Assembly (NCBI RefSeq): GCF_902713615.1 | Contig: NC_052154.1 | Span: forward strand, 81,261,072-81,325,071 | DNA: 64,000 nucleotides | Direction of reading: 5' to 3' | Source: Scyliorhinus canicula | Lineage: Eukaryota | Part shown: positions 25,280-37,967 of the stretch, piece by piece | Position numbering within the stretch: position 1 is the first letter of the stretch | Layout of the letters: each line of letters starts with the position of its first letter | The notes under the pieces: generated by a model | Told to the model about the DNA's origin: nothing | The model's database searches: none | Seen by the model: the letters and a program-made list of their open reading frames with translations, nothing else | Position numbers and translations under genes: made by a program

Positions 25280-26571
25280 GTAAGATTGGAAACATTTACA
25301 GAGGGGAGCGCGGGAAATGCTGCAAACTGTAGTTATTTATTAGACATGTATTAGAACAGCTGTTCAAACTCGGATATACAGGGAGAATGTAGATCGTATT
25401 TACTCACAACGTCAGGTCAATGGGAATCAATTAAACAATCAAGATGGTTTGTAGCTGGGGAAGCGAGACTTTCTCCCTGAATAGATCTGAAACCGGAGGT
25501 TGATGTGGGAATTGTTCAATACTGAAAGCTCATTCGTCCTCCAATTGTCAAATGAAATTAACTTATACATAAAATTGATCAGTTTTAGTCGTCACTTTTA
25601 TTTGGGACATATTATGTGTGGAACTTTAGGCAACATTTTCCAAGGGCGTTACTTCCATCATCCAGATTCCTTTTAGCATTAATAATCTGGTTTTTTTTAA
25701 TCCATCAATTAAACTTTGAAAACATTTGACCTGGGTTTACTTCATTCACTGAATTCCTTCTCTCTTCAAGTTTTTGCTCATTGCTGATTTATGAAGAGTT
25801 GTTTCCAAATGAACAAGGGTGGTAACTGCAGCTATGGACCCTTTGCTCCAATAAACAATTGTATTTTACAGTTATTTGCACTGTGAGTGTACATTAACGA
25901 ATTGCCCCGGAAGTAGCGAGAATTTGACATTTGGTCCCTGTGTCAGGGAGAGCCTGTCTGCCATGATGGGAGCCGACCCGAGCTCCCAGAGTGAAAATCA
26001 AGAACCTTAAAGCATATGTGTCGTCCTTATGTACTTCTCAGTGCGGGGAGTCAGCTAAATCGAGTGTGATTTGATCGCTGAGGGCGGTGTTGGGTGTCCG
26101 ACTTGTAGTGTCCCATGTTATTGTTATAAAATCCACTTCTGCTTTCTTCTACCCAGCCAAAAATATTTGAAAGATATTTGTTCAGGATTTAATTATCACT
26201 ATTGCTAATAAAACTACCGGAGAGAACAGAGTATATCAATTCTATCCTAAAATGGACATCGTTATCCTATATTCATTATGGAACCAAACTTCGGAATAGA
26301 AAATAAGCCAATGGCCGACAAGTTGGCGCTGTCACCAAACAACAGGCTGCCTCGGAAATGGAACACACCATGGTACAACTCACATGGTGCTCATTTTGCC
26401 GAGTATAGTTTGAGGTTATTATCATGAGTTAATCCAACGTTGGAAATTTAATATTGGTCCCGAAGTTTAGATTAACAATATTGTGGATCCATTTCAGTGT
26501 ACCAAAGGCAATGGTATTTGCTTCCGTCCGATAATACCTATTGATGCGTATCTTTTAATCCGGTATTGTAG

Positions 26572-26678
26572 ATCACAGTTTCCGCAACATTGTGATTCCA
26601 CGGCTTGTTCTGGGTTTTCTGATCATTCTTGGATTGCTGGGCATAATTGTGGACCATGTAAGATATGTTCAACTGAAG
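26572..26678 (+). CDS. Exon 4: transmembrane exon with an intramembrane Arg
   Basis: Phase-1 acceptor gtattgtag| gives DHSFRNIVIPRLVLGFLIILGLLGIIVDHVRYVQLK. Phase-0 donors occur after 26657 (CAT|GTAAGA) and after 26678 (AAG|GTGAGA). The four exons sum to 765 nt, or 255 codons, with no stop. Confidence 0.85.
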
Positions 26679-27336
26679 GTGAGAGGACGTCATTTTAATT
26701 CAATAAACCACATACAAAGTCTATACACAGATAGCATTGGTGGGCTGGTCATGGAAAATGTGCTTTTGTCCATCGAGCTCACCTAATTTAAGATGAACGA
26801 TGAATGATACTAAATTCTGCTGTCAAATAACTGACAACGTAGAAGATGGACACTTTTAACACAATTTTCATGTTTTGTGTTAAGGAAAAGTCACAGACAT
26901 GAAACGTTAGCATTTCCTTTTCCCCGCGTGTAGCCTGATATGCCGAGTATCTGCCGCATTTTCAGTTTTAATTTTTCATGATATATGTTTCCTCCCCGTG
27001 CCTGCGTAGGTCTCACTCCAACAACCCTAAATATGTGCAGGGTAGGTGGAATGGCCATGATAAATTGCCCCTCTTTTGGAAAAATGTGGGCACTTTAAAT
27101 GTAAAAAAAATTAAAAATAACATAAGTTTCGATATTTAGTTCAGTTTCGTGCAGAATAAGCCAAGTAATAAACACCGTTTAGTTTTTAAAAAATATTTTA
27201 TTCAAGGTATTTTCATAAAAATAAACAAAAGCAGAAGAACAACCATACAGCATTATAAACAACCAACACCCACTCCACTCCATTCCCCCACGATCGCCCC
27301 CTTCTGCCATCCTACCTTCCCCATTTTAATCCCGTT

Positions 27337-27367
<31 letters not shown>

Positions 27368-27681
27368 ACCTCCATCAGGCCCCTTTGCTGATTCCTCAAA
27401 GCTCCTTAAATAAATCAATAAATCACGTCTGCGTGAACCCATCGACCGACCCCCTCAAGGTGAACGTGACCCTCTCCATCCTCAGCAATTCAGCCAGGTC
27501 ACTCACTCACATCCCCGCTTTCGGCAGCTCTGAGTGGCGCCACCCGAGCAAGGTCCATCTCCAGGCTACCAGGGAGGCAAAGGCCAAAACATCGGCCTCT
27601 CTCACCCCCTGGAGTCCTGGGTCTTCTGACACCCAAGAATATCACCACATCTGGACTTGTGGCCACCTTCACCCCAGTATC

Positions 27682-28023
27682 GGTAGCATGGTGGTTAGCA
27701 TAAATGCTTCACAGCTCCAGGGTCCCAGGTTCGGTTCCCGGCTGGGTCACTGTCTGTGCGGAGTCTGCACGTCCTCCCCGTGTGTGCGTGGGTTTCCTCC
27801 GGGTGCTCCGGTTTCCTCCCACAGTCCAAAGATGTGCGGGTTAGGTGGATTGGCCATGCTAAATTGCCCGTAGTGTCCTAAAAAAAAGTAAGATTAAGGG
27901 GGGGTTGTTGGGTTACGGGTATAGGGTGGATACGTGGGTTTGAGTAGGGTGATCATTGCTCGGCACAACATCGAGGGCCGAAGGGCCTGTTCTGTGCTGT
28001 AATGTTCTATGTTCTATGTTCTA
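27682..28023 (+). mobile_element. Young SINE subfamily copy
   Basis: Near-identical to the copies at 34338, 41489 and 56791, with a (tgttcta)n tail. Confidence 0.92.
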
Positions 28024-28794
28024 TTACATCCGTAAATCCCTGCAAGGACTCCTTCAGCTTTGGACATGCCCAAAACAAATGGACATGATTTGCAGGACTC
28101 TCCACGCCCCTGCCCACACCTAACCTCTACCCCCTCAAAAAACCTACTCATCCTTGCTACTGTCCTATGTGCCCTATGGACTACTTTAAACTGAATGAGG
28201 CTTAGCTTCACACACGACGAGGACTCATTCAACCTCCATAGGCCACAGCCCACGTCCCAGCCTCCACCTGCCCTCCCAGCTGCTCCTCTCACTTGCAATT
28301 TCTATCCCTCATCAGGGCCCCCTCCCAGTCCATCAACTCCTTGTAGACCTCAGATACCTTCCCCTCCCCTATCTCATCCCTCGACAGTACCTTATCCTGC
28401 AACGCCTGGGGTGGCAGCCCAGGAAAAGAGGCCACCTTTCTCTTTACAAGGTTCTGAAACATGAACCTTTGTAACACCATAATTTCATCTGTCTGCACCC
28501 GTCCCACCAGCGACAATTGCAGCACATCCCACCTGTTAAAGTCTCCCTTCATCTGCTTTACCAACCAAGTCAGGTTCAACTTGTGCAGCTGCGTCCAACC
28601 CTGCGTTACCTGGATGCTCAAGTACATAAAACCCACCCCACCACCTTGAACAGTAGCTCCCCTAACCTCCTCTCATGACCGCTTGTCTCAATCCAGAACA
28701 GTCACTCTTTGCAATATTCAACTTTTATCCGGAGAACCGGCCAAATTCCTCCAAAATCCCCATGATCTCCCCGATATTGCCCAGTGGGTCTGAG

Positions 28795-29272
28795 TGTCGT
28801 GGAAATAAGATAGTCAGATGCTTTGAGCTTCATTTCAGGTCATTTATTTGGACACGAATCATGGAGGGGTCATAGTTGTCAGAAGGCCACTCCAAATACC
28901 CTAACTTACAATATTAAGAGCATATATTTATACCAGGAAATAAACAACCTCAAGGACAAAAAACAGGCTTCAACAGCCATGTTTACACAACACAAGCCTT
29001 GGGAATGTTCAGGACAAGTTATCTTAGTATGTTTTCTGTCTGTGGCTAAAACAATTTCAAAGCAGATTGTCAGCAGAAAAATAGCGCAGCTGTCGTATTT
29101 GTTTACACTATTCGACCTTCCAAGAGTTTGTACAGAAGAAGATAAAAATATAGTCAAGTATCCCATCATGCTTTTAGCAAGTGCCTTTTCTTATAAAATA
29201 TAGTCAAGCAACTAGATATTAATGAATGCCCTGAAGCGGGCAACTATTGCGCACACTAAATTCCCTTCTACA
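28795..29272 (-). mobile_element. Solo LTR (478 bp) inserted in the L1-c RT region
   Basis: TGTCGTGGAA...TTCTACA termini and a perfect 5-bp TSD CTGAG (28790-28794, 29273-29277). Removing it restores the host L1 sequence (rc ...tatatatctcagacccactgg...). The minus strand has TATAAA at about 28930 and AATAAA at 28843-28848. Confidence 0.85.
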
Positions 29273-29628
29273 CTGAGATATATAACAGCAGGTCGTCCGC
29301 ATACAGCGAGACCCTGTGCTTGATATCTCCCCACACAATCCCTCCCATGTCCCTTGATGTCCTAAGCATCATTGCCAGTGGCTCTATCACAAAAGCAAAG
29401 AACAATGGGAAGAGCAGACACCCCTGCCTCATCCCCCGTTGCAGTCCAAAGTATCCCAAAGCCACGAGGTTCATCAGCTCATTTGTGACCAGTGCCTGTA
29501 TAGCAACCGGACCAAGTCACAAACCCCTGCCAAACCCAAACCACCTCAACACCTCAACTCAATCAAATGCCTTCTTCACATCCATCACCATCACTACCTC
29601 CACCTCCTGCCTCTCTGATAACAATCAT

Positions 29629-32600
29629 TTTTAAAAAGATAATATTTATTGAAAAACTTTGTATTTATACAGCAACATCGAATAAAATACCAACAATAAC
29701 AATAATGATAGCAATCATAAACACTCGCCCCTCCTCAATGAACACAACATATTAACAACTTAAATTAACACAATGTTAGGTTACATAACCATAGAAAAAA
29801 AATAGAAACTACAATAAGGAACACCCCCCCCCCCCCCCCCCCACCCCCCTGGGGTTGCTGCTGCTATTGACCAAGATACCTATCTTTGAACCAGGAAGTC
29901 CAGAAAAGGCTGCCACCGTTCATAGAACCTTTGTATTGATCCTCTCAGGGCAAATTTGACCCTCTCCAATTTTAGAAATCCCGCCATGTCACTGATCCAG
30001 GTCTCCACACTTGGGTGCCTCGCATCTTTCCACTGCATCAAGATCCTCCGCTAGGCTACTAGGGACGCAAAGGCCAGGACACCGGCCTCTTTCGCCTCCT
30101 GCACTCCCGGCTCCACCGCAACTCCAAAAATCGCGAGTCCCCACCCTGGTTTGACCCTGGACCCAACCACCCACGACACCGTCCCCGCCACCCCCTTCCA
30201 GAATTCTTCCAGTGCTGGGCATGCCCAGAACATATGGGAATGATTCGCTGGACTCCCCGAACACCTGGTGCACCTGTCCTCACCCCCAAAGAACCTACTC
30301 ATCCTAGTCCCGGACATGTGGGCCCGGTGCAGCACCTTGAATTGGATGAGACTAAGCCTCGCACATAAAGAGGAGGAGTTGACTCTCTCCAAGGCATCCG
30401 CCCAAGTCCCGTCCTCTATCTGCTCCCCAAGTTCCCCCTCCCATTTAGCCTTCAGCTCCTCCACTGACGACTCCTCCACCTCCTCCATCACCTTATAAAT
30501 GTCAGACACCTTCCCCTCTCCGACCCACACCCCCAAAAGCACTCTGTCCATCGCCCCCCGTGAGGGCAGCAAAGGGAACTCCTCTACCTGTCGCCTAGCA
30601 AACGCCTTTACCTGCAAGTATCTGAACATGTTCCCTTGGGGGAGCCCAAATTTATCTTCCAGTTCCCCCAGGCCCGCAAACCCCCCGCCAATAAACAGGT
30701 CCCTCAATTCACTGATGCCCACCCTTTGCCACCCCCTAAATCCCCCATCAGTGTTCCCCGGGATGAACCGATGAATTCCACCTAATGGAGCCACCATCGA
30801 GCCCCCTGTTTCCCCCCTATGCCATCTCCACTGTCCCCAGATTCTTAGGGTCTCCGCCACCACCGGGCTCGTGGTATACCTCTTAGGAGAGAGCGGCAAC
30901 GGCGCCGTTGCCAAGGTACCCAGGCTCGCACCTCTACATGACGCCATCTCCACTCTTTTGCACGCCGCCCCCCCCCCCCCCATCACCCATTTACACACCA
31001 TTGACACATTGGCCGCCCAATAGTACCCCAAAAGGTTGGGCAGCGCCAGCCCGCCTCTATCCCTCCCTCGCTCCAGGAAAACCCTCTTCACTCTCGGAGT
31101 CCCATGTGCCCACACAAAGCTCAAAATACTGCTAGTCACCCTCCTAAAGAAGGCCCTGGGGATGAAGATGGGCAGGTACTGAAAGAGGAACAAGAACCTC
31201 AGAAGCACCGTCATTTTGACGGACTGCACCCTCCCCGCCAACGACAACGGCAGCATGTCCCACCTCTTGAACTCCTCCTCCACCTGATCCACAAGCCTGG
31301 TGAAATCATGCTTGTGAAGAGTTCCCCAGTCCCTGGCCACCTGCACCCCCAGGTACCTAAAACTCTCCCATGCCCTCCTAAGCGGGAGCCTACCAATTCC
31401 TTACCCCTGGTCTCCAGGGTGCACCACAAATACCTCACTCTTGCCTAGATTTAGTTTATAGCCTGAAAAGGTCCCAAACTCAGCTAGCAGCTCCATCACC
31501 CCCGGCATTCCTCCCACCGGGTCCGCCACATACAGTAACAGGTCATCGGCATACAATGACACCCTATGTTCCTCCCCACCTTGCACCAAACCTCTCCACC
31601 TCCTTGAATCCCTCAACGCCATCGCCAATGGCTCGATTGCCAATGCAAACAACAAGAGGGACAGGGGGCAACCCTGCCTGGTAAAGCCGGAGGTACTCCG
31701 ACCTCCTCCCATTCGTGGCCACACACGCCATCGGGGCCTCATATAGCAGCCTCACCCATCTAATAAACCCTTCACTAAATCCAAACCTCCCATAAGCACC
31801 CCCACTCCACTCTATCGAAGGCCTTCTCCGCATCCAGCGCCACCACTATCTCAGCCTCCCCCTCAATCGCCGGCATCATAATGACATTCAACAATCTCCG
31901 CACATTCGTGTTCAGCTGCCTTCCCTTTACAAAACCTGTCTGATCCTCGTGTACAACCCCTGGCACACAGTCCTCTATCCTGGTGGCCAGGATTTTTGCC
32001 AGCACCTTGGCATCTACATTAAGGAGAGATATGGGCCTGTATGAACCACACCGCTGGGGGTCCTTGTCCCTCTTTAAAATTAACGAAATCAGCGCCCGCG
32101 ATATCGTCCCCCCTTCCCATGCTTCATTAAGTGTCCGCACCAGCAAGGGGCCCATTAGGTCCACACACTTTTTATAAAATTCCACCGGGAACCCATTCGG
32201 CCCCAGTGCCTTCCCTGACTGCATCTGCCCGATCCCCTTAACTAGCTCCTCCAGCTCAATCGGCGCCCCCAACCCCTCCACCTGCTCCTCCTGCACCGTC
32301 GGGAAAGATAGCCCGTCGAGAAACATCTCCATTCCCCTCCTCTCCACCGTTGGCTCCGACCGGTACAGTTCCCCGTAAAAGTCCTTGAAGACCTCATTCA
32401 CCTCTACCCCGTTCCGCACCACATTCCCACTCTTGTCTCTCACTCCAGCAATTTCCTTAGCCGCATCCCGCTTGCAGAGCTGATGAGCCAGCATCCTGCT
32501 CGCCTTTTCACCATGTTCATACACTGCCCCTTGTGCCTTCCTCCACTGTGCCTCCGCCTTCATAGTGGTCAGCAAATCAAATTTAGCCTGTAGGCTGCGC

Positions 32601-35600
32601 CTCTCCCCCAACAGTCCCTCCTATGGTGCCTCCGCGTACCTCCTATCTACCTCCAGCATCTTCCCCACCAGCCTATCCCTCTCACTCCTCTCGCTCCTCT
32701 CCCTGTGTGCCCGGATGGATATCAGCTCCCCACGAATCACTGCCTTCAGGGCTTCCCAGACCATCCCCACCTGGACCTCCCCCATATCATTCACCTTGAG
32801 GTACCCCTCAATACTTGCCCGGACCCTCCTACACACCTCCTCCTCCGCCAACAACCCCACATCCAACCGCCACAATGGGCGCTGGTCCCGCACCTCCCCC
32901 ATCTCCAACTCCATCCAATGCGGAGCGTGGTCGGAGATTGCAATGGCCGAATATTCAGCCTTCTCCACTCTCGGAATTAGTCCCCTACTCACCACGAAGA
33001 AGTCTATCCGAGAATAAACCCTATGTACGTGGGAGAAGAAAGAGTACTCCCGTGCCCTCGGCCTCACAAACCTCCATGGATCCACCCCTCCCATCTGGTC
33101 CATAAACCCTCTTAGTACCATGGCCGCCGCCGGCCTCCTACCTGTCCTTGAACTGGACCGATCCAGTGAAGGATACAACACCGTATTGAAGTCCCCCCCA
33201 TAATCAGACCTCCCACCTCTAGACCCGTCCCAGCATACGCCTCATAAAGCCCACATCGTCCCAATTTGGGGCATACACACTAGCAAGTACCACCTTCTCT
33301 CCCTGTAGCCTGCCCCTAACCATAACATACCTACCCCCCTTATCCGCCACCACCTCAGATGCCTCAAACAACACATTTTTCCCCACCAGAATCGCCACTC
33401 CCCGGTTCTTCACATCCAACCCAGAGTGGAAAACCTGCCCCACCCAACCCTTCCTCAGACGGACTTGGTCCACCACCTTCAGGTGGGTCTCCTGAAGCAT
33501 TGCCACATCTGCCTTTAGCCCACTCAGATGAGCAAGTACCCTCGACCGCTTCACCGGCCCATTCAATCTTCTCGCATTCCAGGTGACCAACCGGATCAGA
33601 GGGCGTCCCGCACCCCTCCCCCGTCGACTAGCCATAGCCCGTCGACTGCCTGCCCCACGCCAGCACACCCCGCCCGACCCAGTCCCCAAAGCGACAACAC
33701 CTCACCTCTGTCCCCCCCCCCCCCGGCCCACACCAGTTCCTTCCTGACCCTGCCAGCAGCAACCCGGTATTCCCCTTCCCCCCAGGCTAGGAGCCCTCCT
33801 AGCCGCGAACCGTCCTCCATTGTACTTCCATGGGTCAGCTAGCTTCTGCTGACCGCGGAAACTCCCGCCAAAAACCCGACCCCTCCCAAAGTGGGATCAT
33901 CCCCCATCCTGTCCATCCTCCAGGCCCCGCCCCCCCGTCATCATCTCCACCCCCCAGCCCCGCAACACGGGAATCCAGAGGAAAGCCCGCGCTTTCGCAC
34001 TGCCCCACCACACCCTTCTGACGCAGCTCCCAAATACCAGCCCCACTCCATACCCCCAACCCGATATAGAATACAACAAACCCCCCCAACCCTCCCCGCA
34101 AGATACAAAACTCAAACAATGCCCCACAACAAAAAAAACACAACAACACCCCAATAAATAACCATATCAAAAGTACAAAAATACAGAAAAAGAGAACACA
34201 GCAACAGCAGAAACCAACAATAAAGCATTACAACCGACCCCGCAACTCCCAACCCCTAGTTCGAGTCCAGTTTCTCCGTCCACACGAAGGCCCACGCCTC
34301 CTCCGGGGAATCAAAATAATAATAATCAAATAATAAAGGGGCAGCAGGGTAGCATGGTGGTTAGCATAAATGCTTCACAGCTCCAGGGTCCCAGGTTCGA
34401 TTCCCGGCTGGGTCACTGTCTGTGTGGAGTCTGCACGTCCTCCCCCTGTGTGCGTGGGTTTCCTCCGGGTGCTCCGGTTTCCTCCCACAGTCCAAAGATG
34501 TGCGGGTTAGGTGGATTGGCCATGCTAAATTGCCCGTAGTGTCCTAATAAATGTAAGGTTAAGGGGGAGGAGGAGGGAGGGGTTGTTGGGTTACGGGTAT
34601 AGGGTGGATATGTGGGTTTGAGTAGGGTGATCATGGCTCGGCACAACATTGAGGGCCGAAGGGCCTGTTCTGTGCTGTACTGTTCTATGTTCTAATGTCG
34701 GTCCAAATAAATTACCCACAGGCGCGCAGGCTGCAGCATTCCAAACTTTATCTTCTTCTTGTAGAGCACCTCTTTCGTCCGATTAAACCTGGACCGCCGC
34801 TTAGCCACCTCCGCACTCCAATCCTGGTAGATCCGTACTACCCCATTCTCCCAGTTGCTGCTCTTCACCTTCTTGGCCCAGCGCAGCACACACTCCCGAT
34901 CACTGAACCGGTGGAACCTCACCAGCACCGCACGCAGGGGTTCATTCTCCTTAGGCCTCCTGGCCAGTACCCTGTGGGCTCCCTCCAGCTCCAGGGGCAG
35001 ATGGAAAGATCCTGCCCCCACTAGCGAGTTCAGCATCGTGGCCACGTAGGTTGTCAGATCCGACCCCTCCAGCCCCTCCGCAAGGCCCTAGACCCTCAGA
35101 TTTTTCCACCTCATGTGGTGATCAAGCTCCTCAAAGCGGTCTTGCCACTTCTTGTGGAGTGCCTCGTGCCCCTCCACCTTACGCATGAGGACCATGGCCT
35201 CCTCCTCTCATTCAGTGGCCTGCGCCTGCAGCGCCTGGATGGCAGCACCCTGGGTCATCTGAATCTCCAAGAGCTTTTTATTCATTTCCTGCAGAGAGCT
35301 CAGCACCTCAGCCTTGAAATCTGCAAAACAGCGCAGGAGAGCAGCTTGCTGATCTAGGGCCCACTGCTTCCACTCCTCTGGTGCTCCGCCGGCCACCATC
35401 TTGGAATCCTTCCCCCGTTTTTTCTGGGGAGCTGCTGCTGTTTTTTCCCCCTTTCCACTCCCAGTTCAAGTCATGAAATGCGGAGAAAGTCAATCAGCAC
35501 ACCTGCTCCCACCGGGAGACATCGAAAAAAATTCCGTTTTGGGCTCTAAAAAGAGCCGAAAAGTCCGTTTGAATCGGGAGCTCCCAAATGTGCGGCTTCC

Positions 35601-35626
35601 TACGTCATCGCCGCCACCGGAAGTCC
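29629..35626 (-). mobile_element. Full-length, relatively young L1-clade LINE (L1-d)
   Basis: Perfect 16-bp TSD ctctgataacaatcat (29613-29628, 35627-35642) and a 5' end rc gacttccggtggcggcg. ORF1 remnants at about 34270-35400. ORF2 survives in long pieces at 33689-30051 (RLVTWNARRLNGP, YADDLLL, CTRCSGSPANHSHMFWACP). Confidence 0.95.
34338..34694 (+). mobile_element. Young SINE subfamily copy interrupting L1-d ORF1
   Basis: Full head, body and tail. The L1 ORF1 reading (DRHYYFDSP) is split by it. Confidence 0.93.
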
Positions 35627-36170
35627 CTCTGATAACAATCATAATTACATTGAAAAGCCTCCTCACATTTGCCGCCAACTGCTTCCCTTTCACCCTTTGT
35701 TCCTCTCCCATCATGTTGGGATGCAATCCTCGATTCACGAGGCCAGCACCTGTACTAACAGCTTGGTGTCCATGTTCAGTAACAAAAGTGGGTGGTACGA
35801 CCCACACTGCTCTGGATCCTTGTCATTTTCCAATGTCATGGAGATGGAAGCCTGTGACAATATAGGGGGAGTTCCCCCCTCTCCTTTGGCTCATTATATG
35901 CCCTCACCAGCAAAGACCCCAGTTCTCCCCGAAGCTTTCTATAAAACCCCACTGCAGATCACTGCCTGCATTGCCCCTGTACTGTCCATCACCTCCCTCA
36001 ACCCAACTGGGGCTCCCAATCCCTGAACCAACCTCTCCTGTACCTTGGGAAATTCCAGCCCATCCAAAAACCGCTGCATGCCCCCCCCCCCCCCCCCCAC
36101 AAAACCCGGCCAGTGCTGACTCGTAAAATGTCTCAAAGATGCCATTAACCCCCTCCGTGTCCAACACTAC

Positions 36171-37967
36171 AAACAAAGAACAAAGAAAAATACAGCAAAG
36201 GAACTGGCCCTACAACCCTCCAAGCGTGTGCCGACCATGCTGTCCATCTCAACTAAAATCTTCTACACTTCCGGGATCCGTATTTATGTATTTGTCAAAA
36301 TGTTCCTTAAATATCACTATTGCCCCTGCTTCCACCACCTCCTCTGACAGCGAGTTCCAGGCACCCACTATCCTCTGTGTAAAAAACTTGCCTCGTACAT
36401 CTCCTCCAAACCTTGCCCCTCGCATCTTCAACTTATGCCCCCTAGTAATTAACCCCTCTACCCGGGGAAAAGACCTCTGACTATCCACTCTGTCTATGCC
36501 ACTCATAATTTTGTAGACCTCCATCAGGTCGCCCCTCAACCTCTGATGTTCCAGTGAGAACAAACCAAATTTATTCAACCTCTCCTCATAGCTAATGCCC
36601 TTCATACCAGGCACAACATCCTGGTAAATCTCTTCTGCATCCTCTCTAAAGCCTCCACATCATTCTGGTAGTGTGATGAGCAGAATTGAACACGATACTC
36701 CAAGCGTGGCCTAACTAAGGTTCTATACAGCAGCAACATGACTTGCCAATTTTTATACTCAATGCCCCGGCCAATGAACGCAAGCATGCTGTATGCCTTC
36801 TTGACTACCTTCTCCATCTGTGTTGCCCCTTTCAGTGACCTGTGGACCTGTATACCTAGATCTCTCTGACTGTCAATACTCTTGAGGGTTCTACCATTCA
36901 CTGCATATTCCCTACCTGCATTAGACCTTCCAAAATGCATTACCTCACATTTGTCCGGATTAAACTCCATCTGCCATCTCTCCGCCCAAGTCTCCAAACG
37001 ATCTAAATCCTGCTGTATCCTCTGACAGTCCTCATCGCTATCCACAATTCCACCAACCTTTGTGTCGTCTGCAAACTTACTAATGAGACCAGTTACATTT
37101 TCCTCCAAATCATTTATATATACGACGAACAGCAAAGGTTCCAGCAGTGATCCCTGCGGAACACTGCTAGTCACAGCCCTCCAATCAGAAAAGCACCCTT
37201 CCATTGCGACTCTCTACCTTCTATGACCTAGCCAGTTCTGTATCCACCTTGCCAGCTCACCCCTGATCCCGTGTGACTTCACCTTTTGTACCAATCTGCC
37301 ATGAGTGACCTTGTCAAAGGCTTTACTGAAGTCCATATAGACAACGTCCACTGCCCTATCTGCACCAATCATCTTTGTGACCTGCTCGAAAAACGCTGTC
37401 AAGTTAGTGAGACACAACCTCCCCTTCACAAAACCGTGCTGCCTCTTGCTAATATGTCCATTTGCTTCCAAATGGGAGTAAATCCTGTCTCGAAGATTCT
37501 CTCCAATAATTTCCCTACCACTGACGTAAGGCTCACCTGCCTGTAGTTCCCTGGATTATCCTTGCTACCCTTCTTAAACAAAGGAACAACATTGGCTATT
37601 GTCCAGTCCTCTGGGACATCACCTGAAGACAGTGAGGATCCAAAGATTTCTGTCAAGGCCTCAGCAATTTCCTCTCTAGCCTCCTTCAGTATTCTGGGAT
37701 AGATCCCATCAGGCCCTGGGGACTTATCTACCTTAATATTTTACAAGACGCCCAACACCTCGTCTTTTTGGATCTCAATGTGACCCAGGCTATCTACACA
37801 CTCTTCTCCAGACTCAGCATCCACCAATTCCTTCTCTTTGGTGAATACTGATGCAAAGTATTCATCTAGTACCCCACCCATTTACTCTGGCTCCACACAT
37901 AGATTCCCTCGCTTGTCCTTCAGTGGGCTCACCCTTTCCCAGGCTACCCACTTGCTTTTTATGTACC
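36171..37967 (-). mobile_element. 5'-truncated CR1-clade LINE inside L1-c
   Basis: RT ORFs at 36602-37204 (ISKFADDTK) and 37214-37471 (VYMDFSKAFDKV), C-terminal FFTQRIVGAWNSL, and an (aacaaag)n tail. Confidence 0.93.

Noticed and set aside
26975-27030. Acceptor-like site giving VSLQQP-stop as the receptor's last exon
   Set aside because: The sequence is a decayed SINE fragment, so the signal is probably incidental.
30059-34170. Many Pro- or Gly-rich ORFs over GC-rich L1 sequence
   Set aside because: They are antisense or alternative-frame shadows of L1 ORF2 and the inter-ORF region.
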